Positions 54,846 through 64,000 of a stretch of 64,000 nucleotides of DNA are shown here, one piece after another; position 1 is the stretch's first letter; each line of letters starts with the position of its first letter. Source of the stretch: Candidatus Pacearchaeota archaeon (GTDB taxonomy: Archaea; Nanobdellota; Nanobdellia; Pacearchaeales; GW2011-AR1); NCBI GenBank assembly GCA_002688415.1, contig NZCX01000021.1, positions 6,660-70,659 on the forward strand, given 5' to 3'. The notes beneath the pieces are model-generated. The model was not told the origin of the DNA and made no database searches. It worked only from the letters and a program-made list of their open reading frames with translations. A program made the position numbers and the translations under genes.

Positions 54846-56018
54846 ATGGATAAAAAGGTTGATATAACCTATACCGTTGCCTCCAAGATAGGGACTATCG
54901 GAATGGGCTCTACAGCTTACAATGCTCTAAAAGGAATTGAAAAAGGAAAGTTTTCTTATCAAGCTTTTTGCAGAGGTTATAATCCTAATTTGGATCTTAA
55001 TGAAGAAAATCTTACAAATTATTCTTGGTTGGAATATTTAACATATCCTTTTAGATTTTTAGAAAAGTTTTTGGGTTTACACATAAACTCGTTTAGATTT
55101 GTAAACTATCTTTTTGGAAAAATAGTCGAATTAAAACTAAAAAGGCCAAAAATTTACCATACCTGGATTGGAATTTCTCCAGAAGCTATAAAAAAGGCAA
55201 AAAAAAGCGGAGCAATCTTAATTCTTGAAGGGGCAAATAGTCATCCATTGAATATTACAAAGATTATGAACAAGGAATTTAAAAACCATAACAAAACAGA
55301 ATTTTTAATAGACCTCAAAAAGGCAAAAAGAGATTCAGAGATTTTAGAATCTTTTGATTATATAATGTGCCCCTCAGATTTTGTTTATGATTCTTTCATC
55401 AATCAAGGATTTAAAAAAGAAAAACTAATCAAGCTACCTTATGGGGTAGATATTGAGAGATTTTCCAAGGTTAAGAAGAAGAAAAATAAAAAAGTTAAAT
55501 TTGTCTTTGTAGGTAGTATCCAACTACGAAAGGGGATTTCGTATCTTCTAGAGGCTTGGGAAAGTCTTGGCTTAAAGAATGCAGAATTAATTATTGTTGG
55601 GCGGGTTTGGCCTGACGCCCAGGAAGTTGTAAATAAGTATCGAAAGAATAAATCAATTAAGTTTACCGGATTCACCAAGAATCCACAGGAATTTTTGAAA
55701 GGTTCAGATGTTTTTATTTCTCCTTCCTTGGAAGAAGGTTCAGCATTAACTTGTTATGAGGCTATGGCCTCAGGGCTCCCGTTAATAGCAACATATAACA
55801 CTGGAAGCGTTATACGTAATGGGAAAGAAGGATTTATTGTCAAGGCCGGGGACTCCAAAGATCTCGGAGAAAAGATTCAAAAACTCTCTGGAGATAAAAA
55901 ATTGATAGAAAAAATGGGAAATGCTGCAAGAAAGAGGGTGTCCAAGTTTACCTGGATTAACTATCAGAAAAATCTCTCAAAAATCTATAAACTTCTTCTA
56001 AAGAAAAATGGAAAATAA
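54846..56018 (+). CDS. GT4 glycosyltransferase
   Basis: YGVD..RF, FVG...RKG, PSLEEG...EAMASGLP. Confidence 0.93.
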   Translation: MDKKVDITYTVASKIGTIGMGSTAYNALKGIEKGKFSYQAFCRGYNPNLDLNEENLTNYSWLEYLTYPFRFLEKFLGLHINSFRFVNYLFGKIVELKLKRPKIYHTWIGISPEAIKKAKKSGAILILEGANSHPLNITKIMNKEFKNHNKTEFLIDLKKAKRDSEILESFDYIMCPSDFVYDSFINQGFKKEKLIKLPYGVDIERFSKVKKKKNKKVKFVFVGSIQLRKGISYLLEAWESLGLKNAELIIVGRVWPDAQEVVNKYRKNKSIKFTGFTKNPQEFLKGSDVFISPSLEEGSALTCYEAMASGLPLIATYNTGSVIRNGKEGFIVKAGDSKDLGEKIQKLSGDKKLIEKMGNAARKRVSKFTWINYQKNLSKIYKLLLKKNGK

Positions 56019-57048
56019 AAAAACAATCTTTTTTAATAATGGAAGTTCTAAGGAGATGCAACTCCTATTCCCAGTAAAAGTACTCCTAGAGAATTTTAGC
56101 ATAAAGAAAACCACCAAGCGAGAAAATGCAGACATTATTATGGGGCCCATAGAAAGATTCCACCACAAAGACTACTTGGATAATAACAAGACAAATATCA
56201 TTGTATCTGGAGAGAATATTTTCTTCAAAAGGAATCTTTTTAGCGTATTGGAATCTATTTTATTTAGGGTTGTAGGGAATAAGAAGTATAAGGTTCTAGA
56301 TTTCCTAGACAAAATCATTCCCAAGATTATTTCTGGGATCCCCCTATCTCCCTTCCTCAAAGGCTACCTAAAGGTTCTAAAAAAAGTAAAATTGGGAAAA
56401 CTAAAAAATACCTATTTTATCCTCTCAAATAATTTAAAAGAGCAAAACAGTAGTGTCCTAACTATGCCTTTATTTATGCAATATTATGAGCACCTCCTTA
56501 AGAGATTAACTAATAAGAGGGGAAAAGGCATTAAAGAAATAAAGGATAAGAAGTTTTGTGCATTTGTTGTCTCGAGCAATTCTTCAAGGGAAAGAGTTCA
56601 TTTTTTCAAGGAATTGTCCAAGTATAAGAAGGTAGATTCATATGGTAAGGTTTTAAACAATTGTTCAGATCCAAAAAGAAAAACACTTCTAGATAATCCT
56701 CAAATTTTTAAAGATTATAAATTTGTTATTTGTTTTGAAAATAGTTTTACAAAAGGGTATATTACGGAAAAGCTACCCAATGTTATGTTTGCAAATTCAA
56801 TTCCAATCTATCGTGGAGCACCAAACGTGGGAGAATACTTCAATACAAAATCTTTTATTAATTATGAAGACTATGAAAAGTCCTATGACTTGATGGTCCA
56901 AAAAATAATCGAACTAGACAAGGATCCTAAAAAATATAAAAAGATTATGGAAGAACCTTGGTTTAAGGAAAATAAAATTCCCAAAACAATTACCGGAAAA
57001 AAGAAAGAATTAATTAAATTTTATAATTTAATTTTAAATGAAAAATAA
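56008..57048 (+). CDS. GT10 alpha-1,3-fucosyltransferase-like protein
   Basis: KFCAFVVS, R..FF..L, YKFVICFENS...GYITEKL, IPIY.G. Confidence 0.88.
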   Translation: MENKKTIFFNNGSSKEMQLLFPVKVLLENFSIKKTTKRENADIIMGPIERFHHKDYLDNNKTNIIVSGENIFFKRNLFSVLESILFRVVGNKKYKVLDFLDKIIPKIISGIPLSPFLKGYLKVLKKVKLGKLKNTYFILSNNLKEQNSSVLTMPLFMQYYEHLLKRLTNKRGKGIKEIKDKKFCAFVVSSNSSRERVHFFKELSKYKKVDSYGKVLNNCSDPKRKTLLDNPQIFKDYKFVICFENSFTKGYITEKLPNVMFANSIPIYRGAPNVGEYFNTKSFINYEDYEKSYDLMVQKIIELDKDPKKYKKIMEEPWFKENKIPKTITGKKKELIKFYNLILNEK

Positions 57049-57946
57049 ACAAAATTTTAAATTAAACACCCCCATCCTTTATTTAGTATTTAATAGGGTA
57101 GATACTATAAAACGGACTTTCCCAGAAATTAGAAAAGCTAAGCCAAAACAACTTTTTATTGCAGCAGACGGACCAAGAACAAAAGAAGAAAAGAAGAAAA
57201 CTGATGGCGTAAGAAGGTACATTTTAGATAATATAACTTGGGAGTGCGAAGTAAAAACCCTTTTTAGAGATAAGAATCTTGGATGTAAATACGCGGTGAG
57301 CTCTGCACTCGATTGGTTTTTTGAAAATGTTCCCGAGGGGATAATCTTGGAAGATGATTGCTTGCCTAGCCAGAGTTTTTTTAGATTTTGTCAAGAAATG
57401 CTTGAGAGATATAGGGAAGATAAAAGAATTATGCACATAAGTGGAACCAATGTGGAAGGGATAAGGGGAAAGGGGAGTGGATATTTTTTCTCAAAGGTTT
57501 TTAACGTTTGGGGCTGGGCAAGTTGGAGAAGGGCATGGAAAGGTTATGATGTTGAGATCTTGAGATGGCCCCAATTTCGAGATGGGGGTTGGATGCGACA
57601 ATTCTCAAGAAATTATTTGGACAATCTCAATAATGTTCGTGGTATGAATAATCTTTACAATGGAAAACTCGATACGTGGGATTATCAATGGGCTTTTTAC
57701 TGTTTAATCAATGCGGGGCTGGCTATAATCCCTGATTCAAACCTTATAAAAAACCTTGGTTTTAATAATGGAACTCATATGTCAAAGGGTGATGAGAATA
57801 AAGTTTTAGAGCTAAAATCTATAAAGTTTCCCCTAGGTGAGCCCGATTTTATGATGGAATCAAAATCATATCTTTATTCTGCCGCAAGATTCTTCTACAA
57901 GGGAAGGGTAAGGCGGAAGATATTAAATTTCTTTCAGTTGATGTAA
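57038..57946 (+). CDS. GT-A nucleotide-diphospho-sugar transferase (HlpA-like)
   Basis: FNR, ADGPR, NLGC, IILEDD, WGWASWRRAW, WDYQW. Confidence 0.85.
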   Translation: MKNKQNFKLNTPILYLVFNRVDTIKRTFPEIRKAKPKQLFIAADGPRTKEEKKKTDGVRRYILDNITWECEVKTLFRDKNLGCKYAVSSALDWFFENVPEGIILEDDCLPSQSFFRFCQEMLERYREDKRIMHISGTNVEGIRGKGSGYFFSKVFNVWGWASWRRAWKGYDVEILRWPQFRDGGWMRQFSRNYLDNLNNVRGMNNLYNGKLDTWDYQWAFYCLINAGLAIIPDSNLIKNLGFNNGTHMSKGDENKVLELKSIKFPLGEPDFMMESKSYLYSAARFFYKGRVRRKILNFFQLM

Positions 57947-58018
57947 TTATCAGATTTTTTACTAAAGCCACTATTCGAAGAACCATAAACTTTTAAAGAA
58001 CACAATTTTAAAAAATAG

Positions 58019-59038
58019 ATGGGGAGAGCTAAAACATTAGAAGAGCATCAGTATACCTCTACAGGGGTTAAGTTCTGGAGACATCCAGAACAAATGAACT
58101 CCTACCGGCAGGGGGGTGGGGGAACAGTGGTGGCAACCCATGTTTCTCCAACAAGTAGGTGTAACCTCGAATGTTCATATTGTTCTGTAAAAAAAAGAGA
58201 TCGACAATCAGAGATTGAGTTTCAGGTAATGCAAAAATACATCTCTGATTTAAAATCAAGGGGGCTGAGATCTGTAATTTTTACAGGTGGAGGGGAGCCA
58301 ACAATCTACGATAGATTCAATGATTTGGCATTATGGACCAAAGACCAGGGCTTGGATACGGCACTTATTACTAATGGTACTCTGATAGACAGGGTAAGCC
58401 CTGAAGCCTGGAGAACGTTTTCATGGGCAAGGGTCAGTATTAATCAGTTTCCGGGTTGGCAGGATAGGATAAATCTTCCAAGAGATTTGGTTGATGAAAG
58501 TTGTACCCTCGGGGCTTCTTTCGTATATACTGGTCAAAGTTTAAAAGAATTGAGGGAGGTAGAGAGTGTTGCAAAAAGGTTTGATGCAGATTACATCCGA
58601 GTTTTGCCAGATTGCCTTCATTCACAAGGAGAACTACTAAGAATTCATGATGAAATTGATCAAAGGCTTGAATCTCTAGGGGATACTGTTTTTTTTCATC
58701 AATTTAAGATACATGGAGTTCCAAATTCGGACACGTGTCATCAATCTTTCTTTCGACCTTATTTAAGCGAGGTGGGCGGGGGCACAGTCTATCCCTGTGA
58801 TAGTGTTGTTCTAAATTCAAATAGCGAACATTTTGCAGAAAAATATAAAATATGTGGTGCAGAAGAGATTTTAAATTTTTTAGATGGAGAGATAAAATCT
58901 TCATTTAGTCCATCAGAGGATTGCGAAGGGTGTGTATTTACCGAGAATGTGGATATGTTGGGTGCTTGGAAAGAAAAGGGGGAAATGCCCCCAGAAGGGT
59001 TTAAGAAAGATAAATTGAGGCATGAGAATTTTCCCTGA
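58019..59038 (+). CDS. Radical SAM protein with C-terminal Cys-rich (SPASM/Twitch-like) domain
   Basis: CNLECSYC, GGGEP, ITNG, C...G.VYPC...CEGC. Confidence 0.9.
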   Translation: MGRAKTLEEHQYTSTGVKFWRHPEQMNSYRQGGGGTVVATHVSPTSRCNLECSYCSVKKRDRQSEIEFQVMQKYISDLKSRGLRSVIFTGGGEPTIYDRFNDLALWTKDQGLDTALITNGTLIDRVSPEAWRTFSWARVSINQFPGWQDRINLPRDLVDESCTLGASFVYTGQSLKELREVESVAKRFDADYIRVLPDCLHSQGELLRIHDEIDQRLESLGDTVFFHQFKIHGVPNSDTCHQSFFRPYLSEVGGGTVYPCDSVVLNSNSEHFAEKYKICGAEEILNFLDGEIKSSFSPSEDCEGCVFTENVDMLGAWKEKGEMPPEGFKKDKLRHENFP

Positions 59039-59678
59039 TATGGTAGATCAAGAATCTTACAATGCAGATTACTTTGAGACTGGAGTGCAATCTGGAAAAT
59101 CTGGTTATCAAGATTATAGGTGGATGCCCGAAAGGACCATTAAGTTTGCGCATAAGGTTGCCAGAGAACTTTCCTTAAGAGATGGGGATAAAATTCTTGA
59201 TTATGGTTGTGCAAAGGGCTTTATGGTGAAGGCATTTAGGATTTTAGACATTAAAGCTTACGGATGTGATATTTCTAAATATGCATTATCCAAGGCAGAT
59301 GCAGAGGTTGCGCCATATTGCAAACTAATAACAAATGGGGAAATCCCCTTCGTGGAGAATTTTAGAACTATAATCTCAAAAGATGTATTTGAGCATTTAG
59401 ATGAATTAACGTTGGAGAAGGTTCTGAGAGAATGCGGAAGAGTCTCTCAAAAGCTTTTTGCGATTATTCCATTAGGAGACGGAAAGAGATTTGTAATACC
59501 TTCCTATGAATTAGATGTAACTCATAATCTGAGAAAATCTCGTGAGTGGTGGGAGAATAAATTCGAGGAGAATGGATGGACTGTCAGTCGTTTTTCTCAT
59601 CTGCTCCCGGGGATGAAAGATAATTGGGCAAAATATCCAAAAGGTAATGGTTTTTTCTTCTTGGAGCGTAAGGATTAG
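59022..59678 (+). CDS. Class I SAM methyltransferase
   Basis: Y.ADYF, ILDYGCAKG, GCDISKYA, DVFEH, WWE. Alternative start at 59040. Confidence 0.88.
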   Translation: MRIFPDMVDQESYNADYFETGVQSGKSGYQDYRWMPERTIKFAHKVARELSLRDGDKILDYGCAKGFMVKAFRILDIKAYGCDISKYALSKADAEVAPYCKLITNGEIPFVENFRTIISKDVFEHLDELTLEKVLRECGRVSQKLFAIIPLGDGKRFVIPSYELDVTHNLRKSREWWENKFEENGWTVSRFSHLLPGMKDNWAKYPKGNGFFFLERKD

Positions 59679-59679
59679 T

Positions 59680-60609
59680 TTAATTTTCGGGGATTTCTAT
59701 TTTCGGTTTGAAAAAAAATCCTGCAAAAGTGCCAAAAAAAATGGAGCTTGCTTTTTGTAGCCCCCCCTTACCACAAATTAAGGCTTTAAGGGGTTTCAGT
59801 GTTAGCCAATTAATCAGGGTGATTATTTTATGGGTCTTTGATTCATATTTTAGGAGAGAATAGGTATTATTTCGATAATATCTATAATAAAGCTTAATAA
59901 TTTCTGGATTTTGCTCCTCAAAAATTGTGGTTAATCTACCTGAAGATTTTTTATGGGTTGTCTTTGCCTTTCCTGCCATAAATGTAGGATATTTATTGCT
60001 TGCACGATAAGAATACTCTGTATCGTCTCCCCAAATAAACATCTCTTTGATTGGATATCCTTCTTGGGAAATAAAATTTCTTGAGAAAAGAACTGAAACA
60101 AAAGTCGCATTATCTACTCTCAATAGTCCTTTTTCAAGATATTGAGCATATGAAAATTCATTAGCATTATTTATTTTTTTAGAAATTTTAGGCACATTCA
60201 TTATCTCCCCCTTTGGTGAATAAACGGAACTTGCAACAAATCCTGAACCTCCCTCTTCTTTCTCAATAAAGTCATTTGCATTAATTAACTCTTTTAAGCA
60301 AGTCTTGCTGGGCTCACAGTCATCATCCATTATCCAGACAAAATCTGCCCCTTGCCCGTATGCTTCCTTAATGCCCCTATTAAAGCCTCCGGCAGGTCCC
60401 ATATTCTTTGGAAGTCGGATGTATTCAAGATTATTTGAATCTTTGACAAGATTTTCCATAAAGGTTTTCGTTTTATCTGTGGAGTCATTATCTATAACAA
60501 TGATTTTTTCAAGAGTTCTTGTCTGTTTAGAGAGAGATTCAAGACATTCGGAAAGCAATAGTCTTCGATTACGAGTAACAATTACTGCGATTATTTTCTT
60601 CATCCCCAT
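59680..60609 (-). CDS. GT2 glycosyltransferase (GlfT1-like)
   Basis: VT.NR, IDNDSTD, NMGPAGGF, WIMDDD, FIWGDDTEY. Confidence 0.92.
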   Translation of the reverse strand: MGMKKIIAVIVTRNRRLLLSECLESLSKQTRTLEKIIVIDNDSTDKTKTFMENLVKDSNNLEYIRLPKNMGPAGGFNRGIKEAYGQGADFVWIMDDDCEPSKTCLKELINANDFIEKEEGGSGFVASSVYSPKGEIMNVPKISKKINNANEFSYAQYLEKGLLRVDNATFVSVLFSRNFISQEGYPIKEMFIWGDDTEYSYRASNKYPTFMAGKAKTTHKKSSGRLTTIFEEQNPEIIKLYYRYYRNNTYSLLKYESKTHKIITLINWLTLKPLKALICGKGGLQKASSIFFGTFAGFFFKPKIEIPEN

Positions 60610-60611
60610 CG

Positions 60612-61715
60612 TCAAATATTGCTTATAAGATTGAGAAGTTTCCCCCCATATCTCTCAATTTCAAATTCCCTTAAAAATCTCTTTCTACCTTCTGCACCCA
60701 TCTTTAGACCCTTTGGCGGATTATGAATAAGTTCTTCGAGGTAATCTGCAAGTTCGGTAGGACTATTTTTCTTTAAAACGAAACCTGTTTTTTCATGAAT
60801 TATTGTAGAGGGTATTGTCGCTATTCCGTTAGCAATAACTGGCAGCCCATGCATCATAGCCTCCAAAATTACTAGTCCAAAAGTTTCAAGGGGGTATTCT
60901 GTTGGAAAGACAAAGATATCTGAAGAGGCAAAAATTGCCTCTTTCGAGACCCCTACTTGTTTACCGAGATATTTAATCTTTGAGGATAATCTATTCTTTA
61001 AGACATACCTTGAGAATCTCTCCTCTTCATCACGGGAAGGCCATGCCCCTACAAATCTACACTCAAAGTTAATGCCCCTTCTGTTTAATATATCGCAGGA
61101 CTGGAGGAGTTTTAACCATCCCTTTGTCTCATCCATATTGGACAGGAATAAAATCTTAGTATTAATCTCTTTTTTTCTAGCTAATAGTTCCTTTTTTAAA
61201 TTATTCTCTGAAACTATATTTTGGATAGCATTTGGAATGATGAAAATATTTCTCTGAGGTAAAATCCATGAAAGGTCTTTAATTAGTTCGGTACCCAAAA
61301 CAATAGCTTTTTCATCCTTAAACATTTTTTTTAATAGCCTTCTTTCTCCAAGCTTTCTAGGTTTTACTCTGCTGTGTACGTGAAATAAGATTGGAATCTT
61401 TGCCTGTTTTATAATTTGAACAAAGAAATTATCCCTCTTAAGGCCTCTCCCGGCAGTTGCGGGGGCAAAGTAAATTAGATCGGGTTTAAAGCTTTTAATA
61501 GATCTTAGGATCTCGGCTCTAACCTTGAAAATTCCCCCGATCTTATGAAGATTTATTTTTCCAACATCTGCCATGTCTTTAGAGTAATTGAGTTTTATGC
61601 TTTTTACAACAATATTTTTAGACACTTTCAATATCTCCAAGATTTTCCCATTTAAGATAGAGGCACCATAATGTGGTGGTGGAAAGGTTCCTAAAAACAA
61701 GATCTTCTTGACCAT
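60612..61715 (-). CDS. GT4 glycosyltransferase
   Basis: PPP.YG, FLSN...KG, DIFVFPT...ETFGLVILEAM. Confidence 0.92.
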   Translation of the reverse strand: MVKKILFLGTFPPPHYGASILNGKILEILKVSKNIVVKSIKLNYSKDMADVGKINLHKIGGIFKVRAEILRSIKSFKPDLIYFAPATAGRGLKRDNFFVQIIKQAKIPILFHVHSRVKPRKLGERRLLKKMFKDEKAIVLGTELIKDLSWILPQRNIFIIPNAIQNIVSENNLKKELLARKKEINTKILFLSNMDETKGWLKLLQSCDILNRRGINFECRFVGAWPSRDEEERFSRYVLKNRLSSKIKYLGKQVGVSKEAIFASSDIFVFPTEYPLETFGLVILEAMMHGLPVIANGIATIPSTIIHEKTGFVLKKNSPTELADYLEELIHNPPKGLKMGAEGRKRFLREFEIERYGGKLLNLISNI

Positions 61716-62618
61716 TTACTTAAACCTCGTAGGATCATAATATTTCTTTCTAAAATATCTTCCCAAAAGAGGTAATCTAAAAAGAGAGATCTTTATGCCC
61801 CTTCTTATTTTAATTTTTAGTGAGCGTGAAAGTGATAGTAGAAAATACCCAAACTTGTTTGACCGATACAATAGGCCAAGATCACGATCATATTGGTGGA
61901 GGATATTAACCACAGACCCATCAAGATTTATCACCTGCCTCTTATTATTATATTTAAGATTTTTACTTCCCATTTCTGCAAGGGTCAAGACAGGGCCCTT
62001 CAAGTTATGAAACTTTTTAGCCCCAGGCAGTTTTCCGGCATAAAATAAGTAATTATGGTATCCTTGGTCAAAGAGAATATCCTTAATGTTTAATTTTAGT
62101 GTCATTTTCTTTAGATAATCCATAATTCCTTTCGTAGTTCCGATGGTGGTTCCAGCACAAAGTATATTTTCTTTAGAATATTTCTTAAGCTCTTTTGCGC
62201 TACTAGATAATTCAAAAATATGGGAATTTATACTGCACTCTTCAAGTGTTAGCTCCTCTGCAAAAAGATTAAGGGGGCCATAATTCTCGTAGACAAAGGG
62301 GTCTTTTTGAAAGAAAACATCCCGTACATCAGCAATTAGAATATTGTCATATTTTTTAAAACTTTTTTTTAAAAATTCGTAATACATCATAAATCTATAG
62401 TGCATAATATGTAGGCCTTTCTTTTTAAAACCCTCCGAATCAAACTTTTTTAGAATAACTCCTCTTTCCCTAAGTTTTCTAAGGGTCCTTCCGGATAAAT
62501 TATCATAAAACAAAACAAAATCTCCATCAAAACCGGAATCATCAAGAGATCTTACAAATGGATCAAGGAGATAGTAAGAATAGTTTGTCGCAAGACTGAT
62601 TACTAGATTTTTACCCAT
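61716..62618 (-). CDS. Putative GT-A glycosyltransferase
   Basis: RF..Y, DVRDVFFQ.DPF (DxxD), C.GT..G, DQG.HN, HQYDR. Confidence 0.7.
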   Translation of the reverse strand: MGKNLVISLATNYSYYLLDPFVRSLDDSGFDGDFVLFYDNLSGRTLRKLRERGVILKKFDSEGFKKKGLHIMHYRFMMYYEFLKKSFKKYDNILIADVRDVFFQKDPFVYENYGPLNLFAEELTLEECSINSHIFELSSSAKELKKYSKENILCAGTTIGTTKGIMDYLKKMTLKLNIKDILFDQGYHNYLFYAGKLPGAKKFHNLKGPVLTLAEMGSKNLKYNNKRQVINLDGSVVNILHQYDRDLGLLYRSNKFGYFLLSLSRSLKIKIRRGIKISLFRLPLLGRYFRKKYYDPTRFK

Positions 62619-62695
62619 AAAGGATTTGAGTAATGAAGAATTATAAAGTTATGGTATTGTGATGCACAAAGAGAATTATTCAGAACAGCTAAGAT

Positions 62696-63571
62696 CTAAG
62701 TCCTATAAGTGTTTGCTGCATTTTCAAAATCAAGGATGGTCTTAAGGGTCATGGGATTTCTATATATTGGAATATCTGCCCCAACAGGTGCCACATAAGA
62801 CACGCTTCTTTTGGTTTCTCGAAGACCTTTAATATCCCCCAACTTTCTTAAAATAGGTGTGGGAATGGTAATTATTTGCGGGCCTGCCTTGGCCATCCGA
62901 TGAACATCTGTTGGATCTCTAATGCTTGCCCCAATTAGGTCGGTTCCATTCCTATCAAGTTGCTTAGCAGCATAGGACATATCTCTTAGGACTATTTCCC
63001 ATGCTTCACCATTGAATCTTTCTTTGTTTTCAGATACAATCTCCTTCCATTGAGAAGGATCTGACAAAACCATTGACACCTTATATCCTGCAAGTCTTAG
63101 AACTTCATAATCTAGTCTTCGATTAACAAAAATATTCGTAACGGTTGCTCCTGCATTTGCGGCCTCTAGCGCTTGTGCGGAGTCCATTGTGGCAGTAACA
63201 TTTGTTTTAACTCCCTCATCAGAGAGGATTCTTGTTGCTTGAATTCCTCCCTCACAAAATGGAATTTTCACATAAACATTCTCGCCCCAAGAAGCCAATC
63301 TTCTCCCCTGAGAGACTATTCGGTCCCTAATCTCTAAATATGGTGTAGACAAAAGTTCTTCTACAGTTTCTATCCCGCCAAGATCAGTTTCAAGACTCAC
63401 GGGGGCGTCAGGATATTCTCTTAGGATCCTTTTACAGGCATTTTCTAAACCTTCTGAAAGGTCCCCTGTAGATTCTAATATTTTTGGATTAGTTGTTATT
63501 CCCGAATTTACACCCCTCTGGAAAGAGTATATGATATCTTCCATATCTGCAGTATCTGCGAAAAGTTTCAT
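62696..63571 (-). CDS. tal: Transaldolase (TalC/FSA family)
   Basis: FADTA, GITTNP, VYVKIP (Schiff-base Lys), TNVT, ASIR. Confidence 0.88.
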   Translation of the reverse strand: MKLFADTADMEDIIYSFQRGVNSGITTNPKILESTGDLSEGLENACKRILREYPDAPVSLETDLGGIETVEELLSTPYLEIRDRIVSQGRRLASWGENVYVKIPFCEGGIQATRILSDEGVKTNVTATMDSAQALEAANAGATVTNIFVNRRLDYEVLRLAGYKVSMVLSDPSQWKEIVSENKERFNGEAWEIVLRDMSYAAKQLDRNGTDLIGASIRDPTDVHRMAKAGPQIITIPTPILRKLGDIKGLRETKRSVSYVAPVGADIPIYRNPMTLKTILDFENAANTYRT

Positions 63572-64000
63572 TCTTCTAGTTCCGCCTGTATTAGTTCTCT
63601 TAGTCTATCTACAATAAGATGTTGAATAACACAATGAAATCCTTCTACTTGAGGAGTTGAGTCTTTTGGGACCACAACACAAGAATCGGCCATTTCTTTC
63701 ATCTTTCCACCATCAAAGCCTGCGAGTCCTAAGATTTTAGCATTCCGATTTTTTGCCATCTCCATTGCGCTAACTAGATTACCTGACCATCCAGATCCTC
63801 CGTGTACTGAAACTAGGAGAATTGTGTCCCCTTCATCTAAGAAGGTATTTAATAGACCACTATACGCTTTATCCCATCCAGAGTCATTGATCCATGCGGT
63901 AAGGGATGGGGCGTTGTCATTCAAGCAAATAGCTTTAAAGCCTTTTAATCGGCTAATTTCTTTCATAGAACTGTCATTCGCAACAGTTTTTGCAAGATCT
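63568..64000 (-). CDS. gmhA: SIS-domain phosphoheptose isomerase (GmhA-like), 5' end beyond window
   Basis: The frame stays open to the window end (DLAKTVANDSSMKE...). TAW.ND.G, S.NL..A, GFDGG, E..H...H motifs. Confidence 0.8.
   Translation of the reverse strand, partial: DLAKTVANDSSMKEISRLKGFKAICLNDNAPSLTAWINDSGWDKAYSGLLNTFLDEGDTILLVSVHGGSGWSGNLVSAMEMAKNRNAKILGLAGFDGGKMKEMADSCVVVPKDSTPQVEGFHCVIQHLIVDRLRELIQAELEE

Overview
AT-rich archaeal chromosome segment, most consistent with a DPANN lineage such as Pacearchaeota or Woesearchaeota. This is inferred from PolD, Orc1/Cdc6, archaeal r-proteins, AMP phosphorylase plus R15P isomerase, and compact, mostly leaderless genes. From left to right: (1) an operon of Dph6, a GATase, an ArmA/RmtB-like methyltransferase and an M16 peptidase; (2) a replication cluster in which a full-length bacterial-type DnaE sits directly downstream of cdc6-DP1-DP2, next to an ORB/DUE origin (~15.0-15.26 kb); (3) an origin-proximal block with a PRC-barrel gene, two convergent paralogous coiled-coil/wHTH genes carrying iteron-like DNA repeats (one also contains an ORB-like box), nested inverted motifs, a 28-bp dif-like site, an HNH gene and xerA; (4) the S13/S4/S11/RpoD-L18e/L13/S9 cluster with an unusual tRNA-Leu(AAG); (5) the L3-to-SecY ribosomal superoperon, which has four orphan ORFs at normally contiguous junctions; (6) an AglB-linked surface-glycosylation island. 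The best candidate for an undescribed system is the oriC-wHTH/repeat-dif/XerA module (13.7-21.5 kb), possibly together with DnaE. All calls come from reading sequence and motifs by eye; no database searches were run.
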